Of a stretch of 64,000 nucleotides of DNA, positions 8,995-21,236 are shown in pieces; within the stretch, counting starts at the first letter, position 1, and the number at the start of each line of letters is the position of its first letter. The stretch covers positions 160,001 through 224,000 of the forward strand of contig CAWBMV010000006.1 of the NCBI GenBank assembly GCA_963789955.1, given 5' to 3'. Under the pieces are notes generated by a model. The model ran no database searches, was not told the DNA's origin, and was given only the letters and a program-made list of their open reading frames with translations. The stretch is from an uncultured Candidatus Rokubacteria bacterium (lineage in GTDB: Bacteria > Methylomirabilota > Methylomirabilia > Rokubacteriales > CSP1-6). The translations under genes were made by a program, and so were the position numbers.

Positions 8995-10010
8995 ATGACT
9001 CAGGATTCCCGGGTTCAGGCGTTCGTCGCCGCGTTCGAGAGACTGCGCGCCGAAGTCGAAAAGGTCATCGTCGGCCATCACGAAGTCATCACGCACGTGC
9101 TCACCGGCATGTTCGCCGGCGGTCACGTCCTGCTCGAAGGCGTGCCGGGCCTGGGCAAGACGCTCCTGATCAAGACGCTCTCGGAAGGGCTCGACCTGTC
9201 CTTCTCGCGCATTCAGTTCACGCCCGACCTGATGCCCGCCGACATCATCGGCACCAACATCATCGTCGAGGACGCGGACGGCCGGAAGCACTTCCAGTTC
9301 CAGCAGGGGCCGATCTTCGCGCACATCCTGCTGGCCGACGAGATCAACCGCGCCACACCCAAGACGCAATCCGCGCTGCTCGAAGGCATGCAGGAGAGCG
9401 CCGTCACCGTCGGCGGCTCCACGCGGCCGCTCCCGGCGCCGTTCTTCGTGCTCGCCACGCAGAACCCGATCGAGATGGAAGGGACGTATCCGCTGCCGGA
9501 AGCCCAGCTCGATCGATTCCTCTTCAAGCTGCGCGTCCGTTACCCGCAGATCGAGGAGCTGAACGCGATCATCGATCGCACGACGCAGTCACGGACCGCC
9601 ATCGTGCAATCGCGTCCTGAGCGGGCCCGGACGTGCTCTCGTTCCGCGAGCTGATCCGCGAAGTGCCGATCGCCTCGCACGTCCGCGACTTCGCCTCCGC
9701 GATCGTCATGGCGACGCACCCGCAGTGGGAGCAGGCGCCGGACGTCGCGCGCCGGTTCGTGCGGTACGGCGCGAGCCCCCGCGGGGCCCAGGCTCTCGTG
9801 CTCGGCGCCAAGGTGAGGGCGCTCGCCGAGGGGCGGTACAACGTCAGCGTGGAGGACATCAAGGCGCTGGCGGTGCCGGCGCTGCGCCATCGCGTGATCC
9901 TGAACTTCGAGGGCGAGGCCGAGGGAATCGACACCGACACGGTGATCTCCCGGGTCATCGCCGACACCGAGGCGGGCGTCGCCCAGAGCCGCGAACCCTT
10001 TCTCCGCTAG
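8995..10010 (+). CDS. moxR: MoxR-family AAA+ ATPase (frameshift near 9625)
   Basis: [53 protein letters not shown] and GASPRG. Confidence 0.92.
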
Positions 10011-10025
10011 TCGCAGGAGGAGCGC

Positions 10026-11477
10026 ATGACCGAGTCGCCACGGATCGAAGGCCTCCTGCGCCGTATCGGGCGGGAGGTCCGCCGCCGGCGGGCCGAGTAT
10101 TACGGTCTCCGCGGCGCCTTCTGGGGTGCGGTGGCCGGGGTCGCAGTCCTGCTGGCCAAACACGCCCTGGCCGGACGAGCGCCGTGGATCGCCGCGAGCC
10201 TCATGGTCCTCGGCGGGCTGGCGGGGATCGTCTACGGGGCCGCGCGGGGCATCCGGCGCGGCGACATCGCGCGGGTCGCCGACCGGGCGTTCGGTCTGGA
10301 CGACCGTGTCGCGACGACGCTCGAGTGGGCGGACCGCCCGGACCGCACGCCGCTCGTGGACGCGCTGATCGCGGACACCGTCGCGCGGGTCGAGAGCCTG
10401 CAGATCAAGCGCGTGGTCAAGCGCGTCGTTCCCCGTGAAGGCCAGCTTCTGCTCTTCCCGGTGCTCGCCGCCCTGGTCCTGATGATCATGCCGCCGATTC
10501 CGTTGCCGTCGGGCCGGCTGCCCGATTTCCTGTCCTCCACCGAAGAGGAGAGCGAGGAGCGGACGGGCTCGTCCATGCTCGAGGAAACGACGCGCCAGCT
10601 CTCCAAGGATTCGCTCAAGCGACCGTCCTTCGAGGAGCGCGACTTCGCCCAGCGCGCCGGTGGCAGCGGCGCCACGACCACCGGCGATCTGTCGGCGATC
10701 TTCAAGGACACCTCGCTCGCCAACTCGCGCCCCGACTTCAACAGCTTCATGAAGAAGGGTGACGAGCGGCTCCGCATGCTCGAGCAGACGGACCGCATGC
10801 CGGATCTCCAGTCGGACTTCACGAACAGCCAGTACAAGATGGTCTACCGCAAGTCGAAGGCGCTGACCGGCGGTCTCCGGCCCGATCAGATCTCGCCCCA
10901 GAAGCTGCGTGAGCTCCTCGAGGAGATGGAGCGCCTCGGTCGCAAGGGCGGTGGCAACTGGAGCGGTGACGCCATGGAAGGCATGGAGGCGCTCGAGGGC
11001 GGCCAGAGCGATCGGGCCCTGGAGGCGATGCAGAAGGCGCTCGACAAGATGCGCGCGATGGACGAGGCGCAGCGCTCCGGCAAGGGCCTGCGCGGCGGGC
11101 GCGAGTCCGAGCGCGGCGGGCGAGGCAAAGACCGCGCACGCGGCGACGGCATGGGTCCGGAGGATCAGGATTTCGGCGAAGGCGAGGGGCTCATGCCCGG
11201 CAAAGGCCGGAGCGGGAACCCGAAGGGCGAGGCCACCCAGCGGCTTCGCGCCAACCCGTTCGACGTGGGCGTCGAGGGGGAGTCGCGTCAGGGCCGCAAG
11301 GACGGCTACGACACCAACCTGACCGGACGGGGCGGCACCATGGCCTCGCGGCTTCAGTACCTCGGCGTCATCGGCCAGTACCGCAAGGCGATGGAGGACG
11401 CGATCACGCGTGAGCAGGTGCCGCGCGACTTCCACGACCAGATCCGCAACTACTTCCAGTCGCTCGACGAGCGCTGA
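10026..11477 (+). CDS. Membrane-anchored protein with coiled-coil and Gly-rich C-terminus (MoxR-cluster associated)
   Basis: Three TM segments followed by a helical/Gly-rich region ending VPRDFHDQIRNYF; AGGAGG RBS. Confidence 0.75.
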   Translation: MTESPRIEGLLRRIGREVRRRRAEYYGLRGAFWGAVAGVAVLLAKHALAGRAPWIAASLMVLGGLAGIVYGAARGIRRGDIARVADRAFGLDDRVATTLEWADRPDRTPLVDALIADTVARVESLQIKRVVKRVVPREGQLLLFPVLAALVLMIMPPIPLPSGRLPDFLSSTEEESEERTGSSMLEETTRQLSKDSLKRPSFEERDFAQRAGGSGATTTGDLSAIFKDTSLANSRPDFNSFMKKGDERLRMLEQTDRMPDLQSDFTNSQYKMVYRKSKALTGGLRPDQISPQKLRELLEEMERLGRKGGGNWSGDAMEGMEALEGGQSDRALEAMQKALDKMRAMDEAQRSGKGLRGGRESERGGRGKDRARGDGMGPEDQDFGEGEGLMPGKGRSGNPKGEATQRLRANPFDVGVEGESRQGRKDGYDTNLTGRGGTMASRLQYLGVIGQYRKAMEDAITREQVPRDFHDQIRNYFQSLDER

Positions 11478-11500
11478 TCGGACGGAAAAGCATGCCGGTG

Positions 11501-12379
11501 ATGCGCTCAACGTTCTTCACGTCCGAGTTTCTGGCGCAGCTCGAGCGTCTGTCCTTGCTCTCGCGGCGGATCTTCCGCGGGCGGGTGAAGGGCGAGCGCC
11601 GCAGCCTCCGGCGCGGGCACAGCGTCGAGTTCTGTGACTACCGCGCGTACGGCGTCGGCGACGATCTGCGCTACGTCGACTGGAACATCTACGGCCGACT
11701 CGATCGCCTGCACGTCAAGCTCTTCGTGGACGAAGAGGATCTGTGCCTGCACCTGATCGTCGACGCGTCGGCGTCGATGAACTTCGGGACGCCCAGCAAG
11801 CTCGAGTGCGCGGTACGGATCGCCGCGGCGCTCGGCTTCGTCGGGCTCGTGAACATGGAGCGCGTCGGGGTGGGTGTGCTCCGCGAGCGGATCGCCGAAG
11901 GCTTTCCGCCGACCCGCGGCCGCAACCAGGTCACCGGCCTCGTCGATTTCCTCGCCGCGGTACGCCCCGCCGGCGGCACGAGCCTCAACGAGGCGCTGGC
12001 CAACTACGCCGCGCGCTCGCGGCAGACGGGGCTCGCCGTCGTCATCTCCGATCTCCTCGATCCGGCTGGGTATGAATCCGGCGTGCGGGCGCTGCTCGAA
12101 CGGCGCTTCGACGTGCATCTGGTCCACGTGCTGGCGCCCGAGGAGATGAACCCGGAGCTCGCCGGCGACCTGCGCCTGCTCGACAGCGAGACCGGCGAGA
12201 TGCGCGAGCTCTCGATGGACGGCGACGCCGTCCGCGCGTACCGCGAGCGCCTCCGGCAGTACCTCGAGCGCGTCGAGACCTTCTGCCGGACCAAGGAGAT
12301 CGGCTATCACCGGATGACCTCTGACTCGCCCGTGGAGTCGTTCGTCCTGGCCCAGCTCCGGGGCCGAGTCGTCGCATGA
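11501..12379 (+). CDS. DUF58 domain protein (VWA-like MoxR partner)
   Basis: SVEFCDYRAYGVGDDLRYVDWN, VDASASM and VISDLLD. Confidence 0.9.
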   Translation: MRSTFFTSEFLAQLERLSLLSRRIFRGRVKGERRSLRRGHSVEFCDYRAYGVGDDLRYVDWNIYGRLDRLHVKLFVDEEDLCLHLIVDASASMNFGTPSKLECAVRIAAALGFVGLVNMERVGVGVLRERIAEGFPPTRGRNQVTGLVDFLAAVRPAGGTSLNEALANYAARSRQTGLAVVISDLLDPAGYESGVRALLERRFDVHLVHVLAPEEMNPELAGDLRLLDSETGEMRELSMDGDAVRAYRERLRQYLERVETFCRTKEIGYHRMTSDSPVESFVLAQLRGRVVA

Positions 12380-15300
12380 GCTTCCTGTCTCCGCTCGCGC
12401 TCTCGCTGTTCGCGCTGTCCGTCCCGCTGGTGCTGCTCTACTTCCTCAAGGTCCGCCGGCGCGAGCGGACGGTGTCGAGCCTGCTGCTCTGGAGCACCTC
12501 GCTCCGTGACCGCGAGGCGTCGACGTTCTTCCAGCGCCTGCACCGCGATCCGCTGCTCCTGCTCCAGCTGCTGGCGCTCCTGGCGCTGGCGCTGGCGCTG
12601 GCGAAACCGGTCGCGACCGTCATGGGCCAGGGCGCACGCAAGGTGGTCGTCGTCCTCGACACCTCCGCCTCGATGAAGGCGCAGGACGTCTCGCCCTCCC
12701 GGTTCGAGGCAGCCAGAGCCGGCGCGACCTCGCTCGTGCGCGGGCTCGGCGAGGGCGCGGAAGTGATGGTGATCGAGGCGGGCGTACAGCCGAAGGTGAC
12801 CGCCGCGCTCGCGCGCGACCGCGAACGGGCACTCGGCGCGATCCGCTCCGCGCAGGCCCGCGACCTGCCGACCCGCCTGGTCGAAGCCGTGCGGACCGCG
12901 CGGGCGCTCGTCGCCGCCGATCCGCGGGCCGAGATCCACGTCTTCACCGATGGCGCGTTCACCCTGCCCCAGAGCGAGGACACCACCGATCCGCGCGTGC
13001 GCTGGATCGGCGTCGGGCGGCAGGGCAACAACGTCGCGATCACCAGCCTGTCGATCCGCAAGAACTACTACGGCGCGTTCGACTATCAGGCGTTCGTGTC
13101 GCTCGTGAACTACGCGAACGAGGCCCAGACCTTCACGTTCCGCCTGGAGCTCGACGGCAAGTCGATCGCCGAGAAGGAAGTGACGCTCGAGCCGAGCGTT
13201 CGCCGGTCGGTGGTGTTGCCGTTCAGCCACGGCGGCAGCGGGACGATCACGGCGCGGATCCGCGTCGACGACGACCTGGCCGTCGACAACGTCGCGTACG
13301 CGGTCCTGCCTCCGCCGCGGAAGATCGCCGTGCTGCTGGTGAGCCCGGGGAATCTGTTCCTCGAGAAGGTTCTTCGAACCGATCCTCAGGTGTCCCTCGA
13401 CGTGCGCACGCCCGACCAGTACCAGGGCGGCATGGGCGACGCGGACGTCGTCGTGCTCGACTCGGTGACGCCGCCACGCGCCGGACCGGGGCGTTTCATC
13501 TTCGTGAACGCGGTGCCGCCCGACGTGCCACTGGAGGTGCTCGGCCGCATCGAGCGCCCGACGATCATGGACTGGGACCGGACGCACCCGGTCATGCGTC
13601 ACGTCGAGCTCGCGAAGGTGACGATCGAAGATGCGCTGCGCGTCCGGCCGCTGGCGGCCGGGCGCCCCGTCGTCGAGGCGGTAGGCGGACCGCTCGTCTA
13701 CGCGCTCGAGGAGCCCGACCGCAAGGCGCTGTTCGTCGGGTTCGACCTGTTCAAGACCGACTTTCCGCTGCGGATCGCGTTTCCGCTGGTGCTGTCGAAC
13801 ACCCTGCGCTGGCTGCATCCGGCAGGGCTCGACCAGTCGAGCTTCCAGTTCGCCACGGGCCAGCCGATCCTGCTGCCGGCGCCCCACGGCGTCAGCACGG
13901 TCACCGTGACCACGCCCAGCGGCCGGACGGTTCAAGGACGGGTCACCCGCGGCGCGATCAGCTTCACGGAGACCGACGAAGCCGGCGTGTACACCCTGGC
14001 GACGGCGCGCGGCGAGACGCGCGTAGCCGTGAACCTCATGAACGCCGAGGAATCGAACCTGGCGCCGCATCCGCTGCCGAGTCCGTCCGGGCACGGCCCG
14101 GCCGCGCCGCCGGTACCGGTCCAGCGCGACCTCTGGCCGCTGTTCGTCATGCTGGCCGTCCTGCTGCTCGCGGGAGAGGGACTCCTCTACTGGCGTCGCC
14201 AGAGCGCCGGGCGGCTACGCTTGCCGTCGAGCCCAGGCGATCGCTGGGCACTCGCGCTGCGGAGCGCGCTGGTCGTGGTTCTCTGTCTCACGTTGCTGCG
14301 GCCGACCCTGCCCCGATGGGTCGACCGGATGAACGTCGTCTTCTTGATGGATCTCTCCGACAGCGTGAGCCTCGCCTCGCGCGAGCGCGCGTACCGGTTC
14401 GTCGCCGAAGCCGCCAAGTCGATGAAGAGCGGCGACCGCAACAGCGTGATCGCCTTCGGCGAGCAAGCGGTCGTCGACCAGCCGCTCGCCACTCGTCCGA
14501 CCGTCGAGCGTCCGAAGGTGCAGGTCGATGGACACGGTACGAACATCTTCCAGGCGATCCAGCTCGCCCTCGCGATGCTGCCGCCGGGCCAGGCCAATCG
14601 CATCGTCATGCTCACCGACGGGCGCCAGAACGCGGGCAACGCGCTCGCCGGCGCGCAGGCCGCCAAGGACGTGGCCGCGGATATCTACTACGTCGCCGCG
14701 CCGCTGACCTTCACACAGGAGGTGGTCGCCGAGGCGCTGGTGCTGCCGCACGAGGTGAAGTTCGGCGAGCCCTTCCAGGCGAAGGTCGTCGTGTGGAGCC
14801 ACCGAGACACCGAGGGACGGCTCTCGCTCTTCAGGAACAACGAGTTCCTCGGCTCGCAGGTCGTGCGCCTGAGCGCCGGCAAGAACGTCTTCAGCTACCG
14901 GCAGTCGCTCGACACGAGCGGCATCCACGTCTATCAGGCGGCGATGGAGGTCGACGGCGATACGATCGAGGAGAACAACCGCGCCGTCGGCGCCGTCGTG
15001 GTGCGCGGCCGGCCCCAGGTGCTGCTCGCCGACAAGGACAAGAGCCACGCCCAGTCACTGGCCGGCGCGCTTCGCTCGCAGAACATCGACGTGACCGTGG
15101 TGGAGCCGCCGGGGATTCCGACCGATCTGGCCGGCCTGCAGAAGTACGACGGGATCGGTGCTCTCGAACGTCTCGTCGCTCAAGCTGAGCCGGCCGCAGA
15201 TGGGGTACATCCGCGATTACGTCCGCGACTACGGCGGCGGGCTCGTCATGATCGGCGGCGAGGAGAGCTTCGGGCTCGGCGGCTACTACCGCACGCCGGT

Positions 15301-16752
15301 CGAGGAAGCGCTGCCGGTCACGATGGAGGTCAAGCAGAAGGTCGAGATCCCGAGCCTGGCCGTCGTGCTCTCGATCGATCGCTCGGGCTCCATGGCGATG
15401 TCGACCGACGAGAAGGTGACGAAGCTCGACCTCGCCAAGGAAGCCTCGCATCTCGTGGTGGATCTGCTCGACGAGCGCAACGAAGTCGGCGTGATGAGCT
15501 GGGACACCGAGTTCATCTGGGACGCGCCGGTGCGGCCCGGCCAAGGACAAGGCGGCGATCCATCACGCGATCGCGACGATCAAGGCCGGCGGCGGCACCG
15601 ACGGCTATCCGGCGCTCAAGGAGTCGTACCAGGTGCTCTTCGAGCGCCCGGCGCTGCTGAAGCACGTGATCTTCCTGTCGGACGGACAGATGACGCGCGG
15701 CGACTTCCAGGGCCTGCTTCGCCGGATGGCGAAGGACAAGATCACGGTCTCGACCGTCGCGATCGGCAAGGACGCGGACGTCCAGCTGATGGTCGACGTG
15801 GCCAAGTGGGGCAAGGGCCGCTTCTACTACACCGAAGACTCGCAGACGATCCCGCGGATCTTCACGCTCGAGACCCAGCTCGCCTCCAAGGCCTCGCTCG
15901 TGGAGCAGCCGTTCAAGCCGCAGCTGACCTCGCCCGGCCACGAGGCGATCCAGGAGATCGACTGGAAGAGCGTGCCGCCCCTCGGCGGCTACGTCGCCAG
16001 CACCTTGAAGTCGACCGCCGACCTGGTCCTCATGAGCCACCAGGAAGATCCGGTGCTCGCCACCTGGCGGTACGGGCTCGGCCGCTCGGTCGCGTTCACG
16101 TCCGACGCCAAGGCGAAGTGGGCCGTGCTCTGGCTCCGGTGGCGTGAGTTCAACAAGTTCTGGTCGCAGCTCATCCGCTGGACCTTGCGAAGCGGGACAC
16201 GCAGCGACACGGTCGCAGTCGTGGAGCGCCACGAAAACACCGGCGAGATCTTCGTCGACGCCGTCGACCCGAAGGGCGAGTTCATCAACTTCCTCGACTC
16301 GCAAGTCGGCCGTGGTGGCGCCGAACCGGGAGCGGTCGGTGGTGGACCTCGAGCAGGTCGGCCCGGGCCGCTACCGTGGTCAATTTCCGGCCGCCCAGGA
16401 GGGGGTCTACCTGGTCGGTATGGCGCAGCGGCGGAACGATCGCGTGATCGGCTCGCAGCTGGCGGGTCTGGTGGTACCGTATGCTCAGGAGCTGCGCGAC
16501 CTGGGCGTCGACGAGAGCCTGCTCCGTGAGCTCGCTGAGCTGACGGGTGGGGGAGCGCTCGCGAAGCCCCAGGACGCATTCTTGACAGCGCGGCGGCAGT
16601 CGCGGATCGGTGTCGAGATCTGGCCCTGGCTCGTCGGGCTCGTCGCGCTGCTGCTCGTCCCGGACATTGCGCTCCGGCGCATCGGCCCAGGGGCGTTCGA
16701 CCGAGTGGTCACGCTCGTCCGTCGGGGTCTCCGGAAGAAGGAGGTTCCGTGA
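12376..16752 (+). CDS. Giant BatA + multi-VWA + GATase-like membrane protein (frameshifts near 15155, 15540, 16310)
   Basis: BatA-like N-terminus (LLYFLK...VSSLLLW); three MIDAS motifs DTSASM, DLSDSV and DRSGSM; GGGLVMIGGEESFGLGGY and WRYGLGRSVAFTSD; C-terminal TM. Confidence 0.8.
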
Positions 16753-18101
16753 TGCATCGACCGGGTTCGCGGTCCTGGATCGTCGCGGCGGTCGCGGGTC
16801 TGCTCGTTCTCGCCGTCGCCGGCGGGGCGAGCGCCCAGTCCAAGCTGCGAGTCGTCGTGATCGCGCCCTTCGACGCAAGCGTGCTCGAGCGCGAAGAGCA
16901 GTGGATGGGCGAAGGCATCGCCCAGATCCTCGGTCTCGGCCTGGCGCAGCACGCGTCGATCGTTCAGATCGAGCGCGGGCGCCTGCGGGCCGCCGGCCGA
17001 GCCGACGCGTGGACCGAGCCGTTCCTCGCCCAGGCCGCGCGCGCTGTCCGCGCCGACGCGGCGCTTTTCGGCCGGATCGAGCGTCGCGGTACCGACCTGG
17101 TCGTCGTCCCGCAGCTGATGGAGATCAAGCCGAGCGGACCGGAAGTCACGAACCTCGAGCCGGTGGTCGCTCCGCCGGGTGAGCTGTTCGGTCGGCTCGC
17201 CACCTTGCCGGTCGCGTACGTTCGCACGCTCCACGTGGCCACGACCGATGCCGAAGTGGGCCGGATCGAGAAGGCGGCGCGCCCAACGCGGGTGCCGCGG
17301 GCGTTCGAGCTGTTCTCGCGCGGCCAGATCTCGGCGTTGCGCGCCGACCAGGAGGGTAACGAGGCCGCGGTCGATCTTCTGTCTCGTGCCGTCGAGGTCG
17401 ACCCCAGCTTCGTCGTGGCGGCCTACATGCTCGGCGTGGTGCACTCCTCGCTCGGCAACCGATGGAAAGCGGCCGCACAGTTTCGCGCCGCGACGCAGCT
17501 CGATCCTCTCTATCCGGAGCCGTACAAGGCGCTCGGCGATCTCTACCTGTCGCAGCCGCGGCGGCTCTTCGATCAGGCGGTCGAGGCGTACGGCAAGGCG
17601 ATCGAGCTCCGCCCCTTCTACGCGGATGCGTACGTCGGGCTCGGCGACGCCAAAGCCGCGAAGAGCGACATCGACGGCGCGATCGCCGCGTACCAGAAGG
17701 CCCTCGTCTACAACCCGGTCAACCCGCGCGTACACATGAGCCTGGGCAAGATCTACTACGGGGAGAAGGGCCTCTACTACGAGTCGGTCAACGCGTACAA
17801 GAAGGCGATCGATCTCGATCCTCACTCGGTCGACGCTCGCATGGGCCTCGGCGAGGTCTACGAAGAGAAGGGGCTCTACAAGGAAGCGACGGAGGAATAT
17901 CGGCAGCGTGATCGAGATCGACGGCAAGCACACCGGCGCCATGTACAACCTCGCGCTCGTGTACGAGAAGGTCGACCCCAAGGCCGCGATCGGTCAGTGG
18001 GAGCGGTACATCGAGCTCGCGTCCCCGCTGGCCACGGAGAAAGATTGGGTCGACGTCGCTCGCCAGCATCTGAGGAAGCTCAAGAATCAGGTCAAGGACT
18101 A
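16752..18101 (+). CDS. Secreted/periplasmic TPR-repeat protein (frameshift near 17905)
   Basis: Signal peptide (ASA-Q), TolB-N/CsgG-like first domain, multiple TPRs (AYGKAIELRPFYADAYVGLG). Confidence 0.85.
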
Positions 18102-18242
18102 GGCGGCCGCAGATCCGCGGCCGTCTACGTCGTCGTTCGACTCGCCCCGAGCGTGGTCGCCGCAGGCGCCTCGAATGTATGCGGAGGGGTGCCTCGCCGA
18201 CGGCTATGATAGCCGCGTGGGCAGAGGTTTCTGGGGGATCCT

Positions 18243-19236
18243 GTGGATGAGCTGAGGAAGGACCCGACCCGAGGGCACTGGATCCTCATCCGCCCGAAGG
18301 CCAAGCCCGCCCCGCCGACGGATTGTCCCTACTGCCCGGGTGCGGAGCATCTCGCCGGACCGGAGATCACGGCGTTTCGTCCGGAGGGCTCGATCGCGAA
18401 CAGTCCGGGCTGGAGCGTGCGCGTCGTTCCCGAGCCCGACGCGTATTTCCGGATCGAATGGGAGCTGGTGCGCGAGGGCGTCGGCATGTTCGACATGATC
18501 AATCCGCGCGGCGCCAGCGAGCTCGTCATCGAGTCACCCCGCCACGACGACACCCTCGGCGTCGATGGCTCCCGAGCGCTCGAGGCGGTGCTGTGGATGT
18601 ATCGCGACCGGCTGCTCGACCTGAAGCGCGACGGTCAGATTCGCGACATTCTCGTGTCCCGCCGCCACAAGAAGCCCGGCGTGGCCGGCCATCATCCGTA
18701 CTCGCGAGTCACCGCGATCCCGATCGTCTTCGACGAGACGCGGCGCGAGCTGCGCGAGGCGCGCGAGTACTACCAGTACAAGCGACGCTGCCTCTATTGC
18801 GACATCCTTCGCCAGGAAATCGGCGCCGAGGAGCGCGTGGTGCGTCTGACCCCGGCGTTCGCCGCCGTGGTGCCGTACGCGCCGCGCGTGCCCCTCGAGA
18901 CGTGGATCGTCCCGCGGCAGCACGGGTGCTCGTTCGAAGAGGCCATCAAGCCTGAGAACCTCGGCGACCTCGCCCGCCTCCTGTCCGACTACTTCCGCAC
19001 GCTCGCGCGTGGCTTCGGCGACCCCGGGTACGAGATGGTGCTGCACACCGCGCCCAACCTCCGCTCGCGCATCTTGCAAGGGGACTGGGCCACGATCCGT
19101 GACGACTATCACTGGCACATCGAGATCATGTCCGGAGCCCGAGCACGCCAATCGCATCGGGGGCATCTTCATCAACGAGACGCGCCCCGAGGTCTCTGCC
19201 GCGGAGCTCCGTCAGGCCTGGACCGATCAGGTCTAA
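18243..19236 (+). CDS. GalT-like (galactose-1-phosphate uridylyltransferase fold) protein with degenerate active site (frameshift near 19130)
   Basis: ELRKDP..G.W, CPYCPG, CLYCD and YHWHIEI match GalT; HPHxQ is replaced by HPYSR. Confidence 0.8.
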
Positions 19237-19412
19237 GACTCGCTCCAGCCGACTCAAAGCTCCGTCTTTCCTGGTCGTATCTAAGTACCGGTAAACAATT
19301 CACAACAGCCGCGACAGAGGTCTGCGGTCTCGAGCGGCGGGCCCTCCTCGGTCTTCAACGCCGGAGCCGGGGTAGCGCTCAGGGGATTCCCTGTCATTAC
19401 GGCTATTTCCAG

Positions 19413-19440
19413 TTGACGCCGGGCTAGCCCGGTGTAGAAT
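19413..19440 (+). promoter_or_regulatory. sigma70 promoter of the isc operon
   Basis: TTGACG-16 nt-TAGAAT; the spacer contains the palindrome CCGGGCTAGCCCGG. Confidence 0.65.
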
Positions 19441-19473
19441 CCGACTGAATGAGTCGCCGATCAAAAGAGTCGG
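19441..19473. promoter_or_regulatory. Tandem IscR/Rrf2-type operators
   Basis: CCGACT-GAATG-AGTCG and CCGATC-AAAAG-AGTCGG resemble the GACT-N5-AGTC core of IscR type 1 sites and lie over the likely transcription start. Confidence 0.65.
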
Positions 19474-19526
19474 CGATGCGGGCCCTGCCCATGGCAAGGG
19501 ATCGGAAGAACGCGAGGGTAGAGACG

Positions 19527-19955
19527 ATGCTCCGCTTTACGAAGCGCGCCGACTACGGGCTGATGGCGATCCACTACATCGCCACGCACGATGGCCTCGG
19601 AGCCGTCAGCACCAAGCGGATCGCCGAGGAGTTCGGGATTCCGCCCGAGCTGCTCGCGAAGATCCTGCAGCGCCTCGCCAAGCGTAGGCTGATCGTCAGC
19701 CAGAACGGGCCGAAGGGCGGATACGTGCTGACGCGGCACCCCGGCGACATCACGGTCGGCGAGGTGGTCCGCGCCCTCGAGGGGCCGATCAGCATCGTGA
19801 GCTGTCTGGAGGGCCCAGGAGTGCCCGCAGGAGACGCGCTGCAATCTCAGCGGCCCGTACAGAAGCTGCAGACGGCGATCAGCCAGCTGCTCGACAACAT
19901 GAGCCTGGCCGAGCTGAGCAACCAGGACGTTCCCGAGGTTCTGTCGATCAAGTGA
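19527..19955 (+). CDS. iscR: Rrf2-family regulator, IscR-like
   Basis: TKRADYGL and GPKGGYVL motifs; first gene of the isc operon; two further Cys (ECPQETRC) lie in a shifted frame near 19815-19850. Confidence 0.82.
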   Translation: MLRFTKRADYGLMAIHYIATHDGLGAVSTKRIAEEFGIPPELLAKILQRLAKRRLIVSQNGPKGGYVLTRHPGDITVGEVVRALEGPISIVSCLEGPGVPAGDALQSQRPVQKLQTAISQLLDNMSLAELSNQDVPEVLSIK

Positions 19956-19992
19956 AGCAGGGCACGCACCAGCGCGAGACGGAGAGAGCCAG

Positions 19993-21218
19993 ATGCTGAA
20001 GTTCCCGATTTTCATGGACTCGCAGTCGACGACGCCCGTGGACCCGCGGGTCGTCGAGGCGATGCTCCCTTACTTCACCGAGAAGTTCGGACACCCGGCC
20101 AGCCGCAATCATTCGTTCGGCTGGGAGGCCGAGAACGCGGTCGATCGTGCCCGCGAGCAGATCGGCAAGATCATCGGCGCCCGGGATCCCAAGGAAGTGA
20201 TCTTCACGTCCGGCGGAACCGAGTCGATCAATCTCGCGCTCAAGGGCGTCGCCGAGATGTACCGGGAGAAGGGCAACCACATCGTCACCACGGCGATCGA
20301 GCAGCGGGCCAGCCTGGACGTCTGCAAGCGTCTGGAGCGCCAGGGCTTCGAGGTGACGTACGTGCCGGTGCGACCCGACGGCCTCGTCGAGCGTCGACGC
20401 GATCCGCCAGGCGCTCACCGACAAGACGATCCTGATCTCGGTGATGTATCGCGAACAACGAGATCGGCACGATCCAGGACATGGCCGCGATCGGCAAGCT
20501 CGCCAAGGAGAAGGGGATCATCTTCCACGCCGACGCGACCCAGGCGGTCGGCAAGATTCCGGTGAACGTCGAAGCGATGGGCATCGATCTGCTCTCGTGC
20601 ACCGCGCACCTGATCTACGGCCCCAAGGGCGTGGGCGCGCTGTACGTCCGGCGCAAGGCGCCGCGGGTGCGCATCGCGCCGCTGATCGACGGCGGCGGGC
20701 ACGAGCGGGGCATGCGTTCGGGAACGCTTCCGGTGCCGCTCATCGTGGGTTTCGGCCGCGCGGCCGAGATCTGCGGCGAGGTGATGGCCGAGGAGGGCGC
20801 GCACCTCGCGAAGCTTCGCGACCGGCTCCAGGACATGATCCTCTCGAACGTCGACGAGGCGTATCCTGAACGGCCACCCGGAGCGGCGGCTGCCGCACAA
20901 CCTGAACATCTCGTTCGCGTACGTCGAGGGCGAGTCGGTGCTGATGGGGCTCAACAAGGAGACGCGCCTTGTCCTCGGGCTCGGCCTGCACCTCGTCGAC
21001 GCTCGAGCCGTCGTACGTGATCGGCGCGCTCGGCGCGAGCGCCGAGCTGGCCCACTCGTCGATCCGCTTCAGCCTGCACCGGTTCAACGACCGAAGAGGA
21101 AGTCGAGTACGTCGGCGCGCGGACGATCGAGGTGGTCAAGCGGCTGCGCGAGATGTCGCCGCTCTACGAGCTGGCCAAGGAAGGCGTTGATCTGAAAAGC
21201 ATTCAGTTGGAAGGCTGA
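19993..21218 (+). CDS. iscS: IscS-type cysteine desulfurase homolog lacking the PLP lysine (several frameshifts)
   Basis: [46 protein letters not shown] and LREMSPLYE present; AH-L-IYGPKG instead of AH-K-IYGPKG. Confidence 0.88.
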
Positions 21219-21236
21219 CTAAGGGGGGCTTCGACC

